DNA from: a candidate division WOR-3 bacterium
GTDB taxonomy: Bacteria; Hydrothermota; Hydrothermia; LBFQ01
Length of the DNA: 56,933 bases
NCBI GenBank assembly: GCA_027050205.1
Contig: JALUCS010000015.1
Location: 1 to 56,933 of the forward strand
Direction: 5' to 3'
Position numbers and translations under genes: made by a program. Each line of letters opens with the position of its first letter. The first letter of the stretch is position 1. Below, piece by piece: positions 19,688 through 29,338 of this stretch. A model generated the notes under the pieces. The model was not told the DNA's origin. It worked only from the letters and a program-made list of their open reading frames with translations, and did no database searches.

Positions 19688-19797
19688 GGGTATCACGCTG
19701 ATGGGGTGAATATCGTTCCGCAGCCCTATCAAACAGGACAGTGGAATTTTAAAGGTGGGCTTTCAGCTTATGAAAGTAACTCTTTAAGTTTCCTAAA
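19688..19797 (+). repeat. Copy B of the dispersed degenerate intergenic repeat
   Basis: Starts GGGTATCACGCTGATGG. 19747-19797 is 42/51 identical to 2817-2867. Confidence 0.7.
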
Positions 19798-20108
19798 TAG
19801 GGATTAGCGATTTTCTGAAGGATAAGTTTCAGATTTTGAAAGGACGTTCGTCCTCCGTCAAAAGCCGAACGGAACCCCAGACAACGGGTAGGGATCCTCT
19901 ATCGGCTCAATACCATTCACCAGATGCCCGAGTTTTGAACGACATACTATGCCTTTGAGAGATCGAAACCGGGCTTCGGGAAGTGTGAAGCGAAACTGAA
20001 GAAAATAGTAGATCTGCTATATAGACCCACCATTACTTGAAGTGATCCAATACCCTCTCAAAAACTGGAAAAATTAGCACCAGAACTTCATAAAACTGCC
20101 ATCTTAAC

Positions 20109-20136
20109 TTTAAGAGGACGATTTTAAGAGGACGAT
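20109..20136. repeat. Perfect 14-bp tandem duplication
   Basis: TTTAAGAGGACGAT occurs twice in tandem. Confidence 0.85.
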
Positions 20137-20382
20137 TCAAACGGAGACACCGGAACCTTCACCGGTTCCGATCCAATATTGCTCCTGATTTTGACTTCCG
20201 TAAGATGGGAATGATACAATGTCCTTCAAAATTTCGTTATATTTATGTATAGAATTTTACGTTCCTCACCTATCGGCCCCCTCATCCTTTCCTCAACCGG
20301 ATAACCTCCGGAGGCGCTCCGTCCGACGAATACCCACAGGTGTTAGCCTTGGGATAGGGAGCCACCGGTATAATAGCCGCCT

Positions 20383-21567
20383 ATGTACGACTTTTACCTT
20401 CTGGACGAGGAACTAACGCCGGAGGAGAGGCAGATACGGGACGCCGTAAGGGAGTTTGTGCGGAAGGAGATCCTCCCCCACATAGGGGAGTGGTGGCTCA
20501 AGGGGGAGTTCCCCACCCACCTGATAAGGGCCTTCGGGGAGATGGGGCTGCTCGGCATAACCACCCCGGAGAAGTACGGGGGCCTCGGCCTTAGCAAGAG
20601 GGTCTACGGAATCGTGGCGAGGGAACTGGAGTACGGGGATTCGGGTATAAGGAGCTTCGTCTCCGTCCAGAACTCTTTGGTCATGTACCCCATCCTGACC
20701 TTCGGGAGCGAGGAGCAGAAGCGGAAGTACCTCCCCAAACTGGCGACCGGGGAACTCGTGGGGTGCTACGGCCTGACGGAACCGGACGCCGGCTCCGACC
20801 CCGGCTCCATGAAGACGAGGGCCAGAAAGGTGCAGGGCGGCTACATCCTCAACGGTACCAAGATGTGGATAACCAACGGCTCCATAGCGGATATTGCCAT
20901 AGTATGGGCGAAGGACGACGAGGGCATAATTAGGGGCTTCATAGTGGAGAGGGACTTCAAGGGCTTCAGCACGCAGGATATAAAGACCAAGATCTCCCTC
21001 CGGGCCTCCGTTACCTCCGAGCTGATATTTGAGGACGTCTTCGTACCGGAGGAGAACGTCCTACCCAAGGCGAGGGGCCTCAAGGCCCCCCTGATGTGCC
21101 TGACGCAGGCGAGGTACGGCATAGCCTGGGGAGCCGTAGGCGTAGGTATGGCCGTCCTGGAGGAGGCGGTGAATTACGCCAAGGAGAGGATCGTCTTCGG
21201 AAGGCCCCTCACCCACTACCAGATAACCCAGGAGAAACTCGCCGATATGCTGGCCGACCTGACCAAGATCCAGCTGATGGTGTATAGGCTCGCCGACCTA
21301 ATGGACTCCGGCAGGGCCAACTTCCGCCACGTCTCCCTGGCCAAGAGGGAGGCCGTACGGACGGCCAAGAGGATGGCCGAGAAGGCGAGGGGGATATTGG
21401 GGGCCAACGGCATAACCGCCGAGTACCACGCTATGCGGCATATGGCCAATATGGAGGCGGTTGAGACCTACGAGGGGACCTACGAGGTGCATACCCTCAT
21501 ACTTGGTGAGTACATAACGGGTGTGCCGGCCTACCGGATATGCTCCGAGGAGGTCTGCGGGGACTAA
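20383..21567 (+). CDS. Acyl-CoA dehydrogenase, glutaryl-CoA dehydrogenase-like
   Basis: DSGIRSFVSVQNSLVMYPI, GLTEPDAGSDP, ARYGIAWG, ILGANGI, TYEGT. Confidence 0.88.
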   Translation: MYDFYLLDEELTPEERQIRDAVREFVRKEILPHIGEWWLKGEFPTHLIRAFGEMGLLGITTPEKYGGLGLSKRVYGIVARELEYGDSGIRSFVSVQNSLVMYPILTFGSEEQKRKYLPKLATGELVGCYGLTEPDAGSDPGSMKTRARKVQGGYILNGTKMWITNGSIADIAIVWAKDDEGIIRGFIVERDFKGFSTQDIKTKISLRASVTSELIFEDVFVPEENVLPKARGLKAPLMCLTQARYGIAWGAVGVGMAVLEEAVNYAKERIVFGRPLTHYQITQEKLADMLADLTKIQLMVYRLADLMDSGRANFRHVSLAKREAVRTAKRMAEKARGILGANGITAEYHAMRHMANMEAVETYEGTYEVHTLILGEYITGVPAYRICSEEVCGD

Positions 21568-22427
21568 CCGCCGAGAATTGAGGATAGGAGGTCCAACGCC
21601 CTCTGGAGGCCCTCGGTTGGGAAGTAGCGGCTGAAGTCGGAGGGTTTCAGGTACCAGGTTGCCCCTTTACGGTAGAGGACGAACCAGACCTTGTGGAGTA
21701 GGGGTCCCTCCGATACCACCGCCCTTATGAGCATCCGGTCCCCCTCCCGACTGACCACCACCTCCTTCACGGACAGGTAGGCTCCCCCTCCGAGGGGGTA
21801 GTCTCCGGGCTTCAACTCCATCCGTACGGACTTCAACTTCGGGATCCTCAAGGTAGTTTCGGGGATTCTAAAGTCGCACTCCCCGTCCTTTATAAGTACG
21901 GCCTGATGTACCCTCTTGCCCTCCTTGAGCCATTTCTCTTCGTACTTAGTCCCGAACCTGCGGTTGGTCTCCGATACGTACCCCCACCAGCACCCCGTAG
22001 ATAGGGCGTTGTCGTACGCCCACCTTACGAAGAACATCTCGTCCGAAACTACACTGACGTGGGCGTCCTCTTTGGTCCGTACGGCCAACAACCTCCAGAA
22101 GTCGGGACTGAACATCCTCCTCTCCCTGTGTTTTCTCTTGGGCCAGGGGTCGGGGAAGAGGGAGAACACCCGGTGAAACTTAACCCCCCTCGCGCCGAAC
22201 ATAAGGAAGGGCCAGACGTCCCCCCAGACGAGATGGACGTTCTTCAGGTCCTTGAGCCTCTTGTAGGCCCGCTTGACGGAACCCCAAGACCTATCTACCC
22301 CTACGTAGGTGATGTGGGGGTTGAGGGTGGCTATACGTTTAAGGAAGTCCCCCCTACCGAAGCCGATCTCCAACTCTACGGGTTCCTTCAGGGGGATGTC
22401 CTCGTCCGGCCAGTGTATCCGGCTCAC
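21564..22427 (-). CDS. trmB: tRNA (guanine-N7)-methyltransferase with C-terminal extension
   Basis: LEIGFGRGDF, FPDPWPKRKH, TKYEEKW. Confidence 0.9.
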   Translation of the reverse strand: MSRIHWPDEDIPLKEPVELEIGFGRGDFLKRIATLNPHITYVGVDRSWGSVKRAYKRLKDLKNVHLVWGDVWPFLMFGARGVKFHRVFSLFPDPWPKRKHRERRMFSPDFWRLLAVRTKEDAHVSVVSDEMFFVRWAYDNALSTGCWWGYVSETNRRFGTKYEEKWLKEGKRVHQAVLIKDGECDFRIPETTLRIPKLKSVRMELKPGDYPLGGGAYLSVKEVVVSREGDRMLIRAVVSEGPLLHKVWFVLYRKGATWYLKPSDFSRYFPTEGLQRALDLLSSILGG

Positions 22428-22876
22428 CTGTCCTTTCGGCTCCAGTCGTAGGGTATATCGCCATGAGCCGGGCGCCTCAACTCGTCCGGGTTGGCGTGGT
22501 CGTAGGGCCGGGTTATGACGTTTATGACTATGGCCTCGTACTCCCCGACGTTCTTGAAACCGTGCCAGACGAGGGGCGGGATCTTGACGAGAATGGGGTT
22601 GTGGATGCCGACGTAGAACTCGTTTATCTCCCCGCGGGTCGGGCTGCCCTCGCGGTCGTCGTAGAGGACGAGCTTTATCATCCCGTGGACGCAGGTTATG
22701 AAGTCAGTCTGGAGGCGGTGGGCGTGCCAGGCCTTCACCACGCCGGGGTAGGCCGTCGTGAAGTACACCTGACCGAAGCCCTCGTAGATCTCGTCGTCTA
22801 TCCGCAGTATCTCCGCCAGCCTACCCCTATCGTCCGGTATGACCCTAAGCCTCTTTACGGCTACTCCCTTTATCAT
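22424..22876 (-). CDS. dTDP-4-dehydrorhamnose 3,5-epimerase (RmlC) family cupin
   Basis: DDRGRL.E, PGVVKAWHAH, QTD, LYDDREGSPT, IPPLVWHGF. Confidence 0.88.
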   Translation of the reverse strand: MIKGVAVKRLRVIPDDRGRLAEILRIDDEIYEGFGQVYFTTAYPGVVKAWHAHRLQTDFITCVHGMIKLVLYDDREGSPTRGEINEFYVGIHNPILVKIPPLVWHGFKNVGEYEAIVINVITRPYDHANPDELRRPAHGDIPYDWSRKDR

Positions 22877-23102
22877 CCCTGTCCCTTCGCATAAAAAGGA
22901 GCCATCCCAACGCCCCACCGACGAGGGCGACGGCGAAGGAGATGAGGATGTACCTGTCCGGGTACTTGAAGGCCCCCATCAGGCCGGCGGTGAAGGAGGA
23001 GAGGCCGAGGAGGGTCCAGAGCCGTATCCTCTCCGGGTAGAGGAGGTAGAGGAAGATGCTCAAAAAGAACAGGCCGAAGAAGGCGAAGGCCAGCTGGTTC
23101 AT
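22845..23102 (-). CDS. Small hypothetical membrane protein
   Basis: Three hydrophobic segments. ATGA overlap with the YfhO stop. Confidence 0.6.
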   Translation of the reverse strand: MNQLAFAFFGLFFLSIFLYLLYPERIRLWTLLGLSSFTAGLMGAFKYPDRYILISFAVALVGGALGWLLFMRRDRDDKGSSRKEA

Positions 23103-25306
23103 CTGCGACGCCGTCCGACCAGTACGCTGGCACCGGAGAGGGCGATCACGAGGGCGAAGCCGAGGGCGTAGAGGGTGAGAGAGAGCCTCTCAATCGGGCT
23201 GGAGTACCGGAAGAGTACCTCGTGCCTGCCGGCGGGGATAGGGAAGGACATAAAGGTCCCCTTGTAGCGTTTCACCCTGACGGGCTTACCGTCCACGTAC
23301 GCGTGCCAGTGGGGATACCAGTTCTCCGTCAGGACGAACTCGCACCTCTGCGGGACCTCTATCTCCGCCCGGTATCGGCCGTTTACGTAGTCGTACTCCC
23401 TTACCTTCGCCGGTACGACGGAGTCTCCGCACTGGGCGTAGAAGCGGGGGAAGTAGTCGGGGTTGAAGAGGATCGTAAGCCTGCCGTCGTTGAAGACCTC
23501 CCGGTACTTGGACAGGTAGGAGGCGAACCCCCTGAGGACGGGGTCGTTCCTCTTCTCCGCCTCCTGAAAGGCCGCCTCCCGCATCCCCACGGGGGCGATT
23601 ATATACTTCGTGTTTATGCTGTCAAGGATGGGGAAGTGCCTTATGAGCCTCTCGCAGTTGAAGGGGTTAAACATCAGGGCCTTACATCCGAGGTACTCTT
23701 GATAGGACTGCATCTGCTGGCCGTGATGCCCACCCACGAACTGGACGCCGAAGAGGGCGAGGTAGTTGTCCTCCGGCCGGTAGCCGAAGTCAAGGACCCG
23801 GTATATTCCGGGGTGCTTCAGGAAGTAGTCAGCTATGTCGTCCGGGGCGAAACGCTCCGCCTCGTTTATAGGCTTTATGAACTTACCCTTCAGGAGGAAG
23901 CTCTCACCGTAGCCGAGGAGGGCCAGGACGAGGGCCGCCGTCGTCATCTTAACGTTGGGGTTCTTCAGGACCGCCCAGACGAGGAGCCATATACCGAGGG
24001 TGCGGATGAGGGCAAACATCCTGTCCCCCGACGTGGCGGCGAAGACCTCGTCGACCCTGGGGTTGAAGGCGAAGGGGCCGGACTTGAGGGCGAGGCCAGA
24101 GCCGGCGAAGAGGACGAGGAGGGCGACGACCGCTCCCCCTATCAGGACCTTCGGCAGGACCCTCTTACTCTCCTCAAGGTGGAGGAGGGCAAAGCCGGAA
24201 AGGGCGAGGGCTATAAAACCGAGGGGTATGGCCGCCATGGACTGCGCCCGGAAGAGCTTGAGGCCGGGGAGGATGGCGTGGAAGAGGTGGAAGAGGATGT
24301 TGACCTTCGCCGTCATAAAGGTCATCAAGAGGAAGGCCGAGATAATGAGGGCGACTCCCCTCCACCTGCGGTAGGCCACGAGGCCGCCCACTATGGCCAT
24401 CAGGGCCAGGACGGCCCCCAGGTACTCCGTGTTTATCTTGAAGGGGTTGGAACCCCAGTAGGTCTCAAAGGCCCCAGAGTAAAGGCCGAAGAAGACGGAG
24501 ACGAAGTCCGCCCAGTCAAGGGACCAGGTCTTGGAGAAGGAGAGGCTCTTCGTCTCGCCCCTCACGGAGAACTTCGTTATGTACTCGTACTGCGGGAAGA
24601 GGAAGGGCGCCCCTATCATCAGGGCTATGACCACCGCCAGCAAACCCAGGCCCAGAACCTTCAGGGCGTGTCTGTAGTTGCCCCTTTTGAGCTCAACTAT
24701 CAGGTAGGTTAGGGCGTAGATTATGGCTATTACGCCGACGTAATACACTATCTGGGCGTGGTGGGCCACTATCATCAGGCCGCCGAAGAGGCCGAGGAGG
24801 GAGGCGTAGAGGAGGCTACCGGTGAAGGTACCCTCAAGCGCCCAGAACACCCCCGGTATGTATGCGGCTATCACCATCTTGGCGATGTGGCCGCTGTAGA
24901 CCATGCTCGTCCAGAAGAGACCGAAGGCGTACAGGGTGGCCAAGGCCCCGGACCACTCAACCTTCAGGCCGATCCTACGCAGGTACAGGTACGCGAAGGT
25001 GAAGCCGATGAGGGAGTGGATGAAGAGGGTAAGGGCAGCGGCGTAGCCGGGGGTCGTCAGCATACGGAGGAGCTGGTTGATCGGGTAGAAGCTGTCGGCG
25101 TGGGGGGCGCCCCAGAAGGGCAGACCCCCGAAGACGAAAGGCTCCCACTCCGGAGGGGGGAACTTGAGGGAGGCGAGCTTCCAGAAGGGGTAGGAGGAGG
25201 TGAGGAAGTCCGTCATAACGAAGGTGTGTCCCGGAACCCACCCCGGATAGAAGTATATCAGGGATAGGGCGAAGACGAGGGCAAACCACTTCCAGAACCT
25301 GTCCAT
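23099..25306 (-). CDS. YfhO-family polytopic membrane protein (GT-C-like glycosyltransferase)
   Basis: W.P..FGG.PF...FYP.N at the N-terminus, many TMs, C-terminal ENWYPHW.AYVDG...G.H.V.F.Y. Confidence 0.82.
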   Translation of the reverse strand: MDRFWKWFALVFALSLIYFYPGWVPGHTFVMTDFLTSSYPFWKLASLKFPPPEWEPFVFGGLPFWGAPHADSFYPINQLLRMLTTPGYAAALTLFIHSLIGFTFAYLYLRRIGLKVEWSGALATLYAFGLFWTSMVYSGHIAKMVIAAYIPGVFWALEGTFTGSLLYASLLGLFGGLMIVAHHAQIVYYVGVIAIIYALTYLIVELKRGNYRHALKVLGLGLLAVVIALMIGAPFLFPQYEYITKFSVRGETKSLSFSKTWSLDWADFVSVFFGLYSGAFETYWGSNPFKINTEYLGAVLALMAIVGGLVAYRRWRGVALIISAFLLMTFMTAKVNILFHLFHAILPGLKLFRAQSMAAIPLGFIALALSGFALLHLEESKRVLPKVLIGGAVVALLVLFAGSGLALKSGPFAFNPRVDEVFAATSGDRMFALIRTLGIWLLVWAVLKNPNVKMTTAALVLALLGYGESFLLKGKFIKPINEAERFAPDDIADYFLKHPGIYRVLDFGYRPEDNYLALFGVQFVGGHHGQQMQSYQEYLGCKALMFNPFNCERLIRHFPILDSINTKYIIAPVGMREAAFQEAEKRNDPVLRGFASYLSKYREVFNDGRLTILFNPDYFPRFYAQCGDSVVPAKVREYDYVNGRYRAEIEVPQRCEFVLTENWYPHWHAYVDGKPVRVKRYKGTFMSFPIPAGRHEVLFRYSSPIERLSLTLYALGFALVIALSGASVLVGRRRR

Positions 25307-25318
25307 CGGAGGGGAATT

Positions 25319-25903
25319 CTAAGGGGGGGTCGTGGTGTCGGCCCCGGTGGTGTCCGGGCCGAAGAGGAGGGAGTCCGGAGGCTCCTCGCTGTAGTACAGG
25401 GTTATGGTGCTTCCTATGGGTACGGAGGAGCCGGGAGGGGGGTACATCTTCATAACGTAGCCCGGTTCCTCGTCAAGGGTGTATATCGGTTCGCTCTTCA
25501 CCGTAAAGCCCACGTCCTCAAGGGACTTGATGGCCTCCTCAAGGGCCATACCCACCAGATCCGGCACCGTCTTGCTCTTGGCGCCGGCCGATACGGTCAG
25601 GTACACCGTCCTCCCCCGCTTCACCACCGTACCGGGTTGGGGGTCCTGACCCACAACCGTACCCGCGGGGGCGTTCAGGCTGGGGACCGTCGTATCTATG
25701 ACCGCCCGCAGGCCCTTCTCCTTCGCCACGGCCTTGGCCTTCTCCACGACCATTCCCGTGAGCTTGGGAACGGTGGTGGTGGCCCCCCGCCGCTGGATTA
25801 CGGGCATGACGAAACCGAGGAGAAGGTCAAGGGCAAAGTACCAGACCACAACCCAGAGGCCCACGTACAGGAGGAAGCGGAGGGCGGTAAAGATCCTACC
25901 CAT
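25319..25903 (-). CDS. PASTA domain-containing membrane protein
   Basis: N-terminal TM, then two VP.L.GM....A repeats, with G.V..Q.P.PG..V in the first. Confidence 0.88.
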   Translation of the reverse strand: MGRIFTALRFLLYVGLWVVVWYFALDLLLGFVMPVIQRRGATTTVPKLTGMVVEKAKAVAKEKGLRAVIDTTVPSLNAPAGTVVGQDPQPGTVVKRGRTVYLTVSAGAKSKTVPDLVGMALEEAIKSLEDVGFTVKSEPIYTLDEEPGYVMKMYPPPGSSVPIGSTITLYYSEEPPDSLLFGPDTTGADTTTPP

Positions 25904-26331
25904 CAGGAGGCCTTCTTCTTGAGGCGGTTCTCCTCGTACCACTTATTCAGGTAGTCTATTATCTCCTGAAGCGGTGCGCCCGGACCGAATATCTTCCCCA
26001 CCCCCATCTCCTCAAGTTTCCGGGCGTCCTCGTCCGGTATTATCCCACCGCCGAAGAGGAGGACGTCGTCCATCCCCTTCTCCCTCATCAGCTTGAGGAT
26101 CTTCGGGAAGTAGGTCATGTGGGCCCCGGACAGTATGGAGATGCCTATGGCGTCCACGTCCTCCTGCAGGGCCATATTCACCACGTTCTCCGCCGTCTGG
26201 TGCAAACCCGTATAGACCACCTCCATACCGGCGTCCCTCAACGCCCTGACTATGATCTTGGCTCCCCTGTCGTGTCCGTCCAGGCCGACCTTGGCTATGA
26301 GAACCTTTATAGGTTTCCTCTTTTCGGCCAT
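25903..26331 (-). CDS. Cobalamin-binding subunit of methylmalonyl-/isobutyryl-CoA mutase
   Basis: [12 protein letters not shown] (DxHxxG), SILSGAH, GGGIIP. Confidence 0.93.
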   Translation of the reverse strand: MAEKRKPIKVLIAKVGLDGHDRGAKIIVRALRDAGMEVVYTGLHQTAENVVNMALQEDVDAIGISILSGAHMTYFPKILKLMREKGMDDVLLFGGGIIPDEDARKLEEMGVGKIFGPGAPLQEIIDYLNKWYEENRLKKKAS

Positions 26332-26449
26332 GTCTAAGCATTTTAAGGGGGAAGGGTGGCGGTGAGGCGGCTCCTCCTTACCTTATTACGAAAACGGAGG
26401 GCGGTTATCGTGGGGTTGTACCCTCCCATCGCCGTTAAAATTCGCATGC

Positions 26450-27247
26450 ATGAGGAGGCTCGTCCTCTTTGTGACTCTCGTTGGGCTGTTGGGGTGCAGG
26501 AAGTCCGCTCCTACAACCTTCGTAAGGGCGACCAGTGAGTACACCGCCGGGACCTACGACACCCTGACGCGGCACACCATCTTTATGTTCGGCATATCCC
26601 CCTACGACACCCCCCAGGTGAGCATAAACGGGTACCCCGTGGACCTCTACAGCGCCTGGATGGACGGCTACTTCGTATGGGACTCCCTTCCCAACATAAC
26701 GGCGGGGGAGGAGCTTAACCTCAACCTCCAGTTCAAGGACTTGAACGGGACGGACAGGGAGACTTCGGCCGAGGTGAAGGTACCTCCCCTCCCGGTCCTC
26801 GGCGACGTTAGCCTGGACTCCCTTTACCTGACGGTGGCGTGGGGACCACCCGACCCCGAGGAGGCCGACTTCGTCCTCGTCAGTGCGGCCATCTCCTGTA
26901 GAGATACGGCGTGGAATCCGGGCTTCGGCACCTACGACACCCTTATAGCCGATCTGGACACTAACTACGTGAGGGTGTACGTACCGAAGATCTGCTCCCC
27001 CTATCCCAAACCCATAGCGCACATCCACGCCTACGTCACCGTCTCCTTCGTCTCTGGCCCATGGAGCGGGGAGAAGGACAACGTCAAGGGGGTCAAGGGG
27101 CAGTACTTCGCCCTCGCCACGGCCCCGGACACCGTCTCCTGGAACCGGGACACCACCTACCACCCGTCCTACGGGGTGCCGCCGAGGGACCCCTACCGCC
27201 TCCAGCGGCTCCTAAGCGAGTACTTCGGTCCTCCCTACGGGGAGTGA
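26450..27247 (+). CDS. Hypothetical lipoprotein
   Basis: MRR n-region, lipobox LLGC, beta-rich body. Confidence 0.75.
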   Translation: MRRLVLFVTLVGLLGCRKSAPTTFVRATSEYTAGTYDTLTRHTIFMFGISPYDTPQVSINGYPVDLYSAWMDGYFVWDSLPNITAGEELNLNLQFKDLNGTDRETSAEVKVPPLPVLGDVSLDSLYLTVAWGPPDPEEADFVLVSAAISCRDTAWNPGFGTYDTLIADLDTNYVRVYVPKICSPYPKPIAHIHAYVTVSFVSGPWSGEKDNVKGVKGQYFALATAPDTVSWNRDTTYHPSYGVPPRDPYRLQRLLSEYFGPPYGE

Positions 27248-27269
27248 GGGGGCCGGCGGCCCCCTGTCC

Positions 27270-28076
27270 CTACCTTACGATGTACGGGAAGCCCCAGGCG
27301 ACGGAGAGGTAGAGGGTGGAGGAGGGGTCAAGGCTCTCCCTCTGCAGGAAGTCGGCGATGGCGTTGTACCTTCCGGGCCTCGTAGTTAAGGTGTAGGTGC
27401 GCACAAGGTAGCCGGCCGTACTGTCGTAGTCCATAGCGTCCCTGTGGTGGCGGCCCCTCCAGTGGTGGATGTAGCCGAAGACCGTATCGGCTGGCCTCAC
27501 GTACGCCCTCACCTCAAGGCTCTCGCCGGGGGAGTAGAAGATGTGGGCGGTATCAAGGAAGGTGAGCGGGTCCGTAAAGACCTTCCTACCGGAGGAGGAG
27601 CCTATCACCACCACCGAGTCTACGGTGAAGGCCGGGGTGCCGCTCTGGGGGTAAAGCTTCAGGCCGGTTATCCGGGTTAGGTGCCACCTCCCGTGGGCCT
27701 TCCGGAATACGGCGTGCCGCTCTGCTACGTCATAAAGGGGCTTGGAGACGTAGGTCAGGGTGTCTCCCGCCGTGTCGTACCCGGTTATCACCCTGAACTC
27801 ACCCGTCAGGTACCACTTCGCTACCACGTAGGCGGAGTCTCCTACGACGTTGATGGTGTAGGTCCTGACGACGGAGTCCCTGTAGATCTTCCGGTACCAG
27901 TTCTGGGGACCGGCGACGAGTACGGATGTGGTCTCCGGTTGTCCGTCTATGACCCCCAGGATGTTGAAGAGGGGGTCGGACTCTATCAGCGACCTTATGG
28001 CGTCCTCGTCCCCCACCTGCCTACGGCATCCCACAAGGGCGCCGGTTATGGCGAGTGCCAAGAGCAACCTTCTCAT
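27270..28076 (-). CDS. Hypothetical lipoprotein
   Basis: Start moved to MRRLLLALAITGALVGC (lipobox LVGC). Confidence 0.75.
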   Translation of the reverse strand: MRRLLLALAITGALVGCRRQVGDEDAIRSLIESDPLFNILGVIDGQPETTSVLVAGPQNWYRKIYRDSVVRTYTINVVGDSAYVVAKWYLTGEFRVITGYDTAGDTLTYVSKPLYDVAERHAVFRKAHGRWHLTRITGLKLYPQSGTPAFTVDSVVVIGSSSGRKVFTDPLTFLDTAHIFYSPGESLEVRAYVRPADTVFGYIHHWRGRHHRDAMDYDSTAGYLVRTYTLTTRPGRYNAIADFLQRESLDPSSTLYLSVAWGFPYIVR

Positions 28077-28134
28077 ACCGCTTATTAGACTCCGGCCTGT
28101 TCCCGCACCCCTACGACCGTAAATTTCACGCCTC

Positions 28135-29313
28135 ATGGTGGTAGTCTGCGGAGGGGGGATAGTGGGGCTTACGGTGGCCCGTAGGCTGGCGAAGGAGGGG
28201 TACGACGTAACGTTGGTTGAGAAGGAGGAGAACTTCGGCCTCCACGCCTCCGGCAGGAACAGCGGGGTACTGCACGCCGGCATATACTACACCCCGGACA
28301 GCCTCAAGGCCCGCTTCGCCATAGAGGGGAACAGGCGGATGAGGGAGTTCGTGAAGGAGAGGGGGATCCCCATCAACGAGAACGGTAAGGTCATCGTGGC
28401 GAAGGACGAGGAGGACTACGGGAGGCTCCTGAAGCTCTACGAGAGGGCGAAACGGAACGGTGCGGAGGTGTACCTGATAGACGAGGGGGAGCTGAAGGAG
28501 ATAGAGCCGTATGCCCGCACCTTTGGTAAGGCCATATATTCGCCGAGGACGGCCGTAGTCAGCCCGGGGGAGGTCGTAAGGGCGATCGCGGAGGACACCC
28601 TGAAGAGCGGCCGGGTCAGGGCCATGTTGGGGGTGAGGTGTCTGGGAAGGGCCGGTAAGGGGAAGGTGAGGACGACGGCCGGGACGCTGGAGTACTCCCT
28701 CCTCATAAACGCCGCCGGTGCCTACGCCGACCGCCTCGCCCACACCTACGGGGTAGGCCTCCACTACCGCATCGTGCCTTTCAAGGGTACCTACAGGAAG
28801 CTCGCCCGCCCGGACCTGGTGCGGGGGAACGTCTATCCGGTTCCCCATCCAAGGAGTCCCTTCTTAGGGGTTCATTTCACGAGGGACCCCTACGGGAACG
28901 TCTTCGTCGGTCCTACGGCCATACCGGCCTTCGGCAGGGAGAACTACGGTGTTTTCAGGGGCATTGACGCCGAGGCTCCTGCCATCCTCCTAAGGGACGC
29001 CGTAATGTTCTTCAGGAACCCCCTCTTCAGGTACGTCGCCCTGCGGGAGCCGAGGAAGTACTTCAAACCCTCCTTCTTCGGGGCGTGCAGGTGGATGCTG
29101 AAGGGCTTGAGGTACGGGGACATAGTACCCGCCCGGAGGGTGGGCATAAGGGCGCAGCTGGTGGACTGGAGGAGCAAGGAGATGGTGATGGACTTCGTAA
29201 TTGAGAGGGAGGAGGACAGCATCCACATCCTCAACGCCGTCTCGCCGGCCTTCACCGCCTCCCTACCTTTCGCCGATTATCTGGTGGAGAACTACGTCCT
29301 GGGGAACCCGTAG
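28135..29313 (+). CDS. lhgO: L-2-hydroxyglutarate oxidase (LhgO family FAD oxidoreductase)
   Basis: GGGIVG, HASGRNSGVLHAGIYY...SLKA, YPVP....PFLGVH, GIRAQ, NAVSPAFT. Confidence 0.9.
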   Translation: MVVVCGGGIVGLTVARRLAKEGYDVTLVEKEENFGLHASGRNSGVLHAGIYYTPDSLKARFAIEGNRRMREFVKERGIPINENGKVIVAKDEEDYGRLLKLYERAKRNGAEVYLIDEGELKEIEPYARTFGKAIYSPRTAVVSPGEVVRAIAEDTLKSGRVRAMLGVRCLGRAGKGKVRTTAGTLEYSLLINAAGAYADRLAHTYGVGLHYRIVPFKGTYRKLARPDLVRGNVYPVPHPRSPFLGVHFTRDPYGNVFVGPTAIPAFGRENYGVFRGIDAEAPAILLRDAVMFFRNPLFRYVALREPRKYFKPSFFGACRWMLKGLRYGDIVPARRVGIRAQLVDWRSKEMVMDFVIEREEDSIHILNAVSPAFTASLPFADYLVENYVLGNP

Positions 29314-29338
29314 GGTCAACGGAAGTATAATAGCTTTG

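Noticed and set aside
23222..24712. Long antisense ORFs (also 1171..2061, 51908..53143 and others)
   Set aside because: They mirror well-supported genes, which is expected in GC-rich DNA, and carry no family motifs.
27248..27264. GGGGCC-GGC-GGCCCC hairpin between convergent lipoprotein genes
   Set aside because: Short stem without a U-tract. A plausible terminator, but too weak to list.
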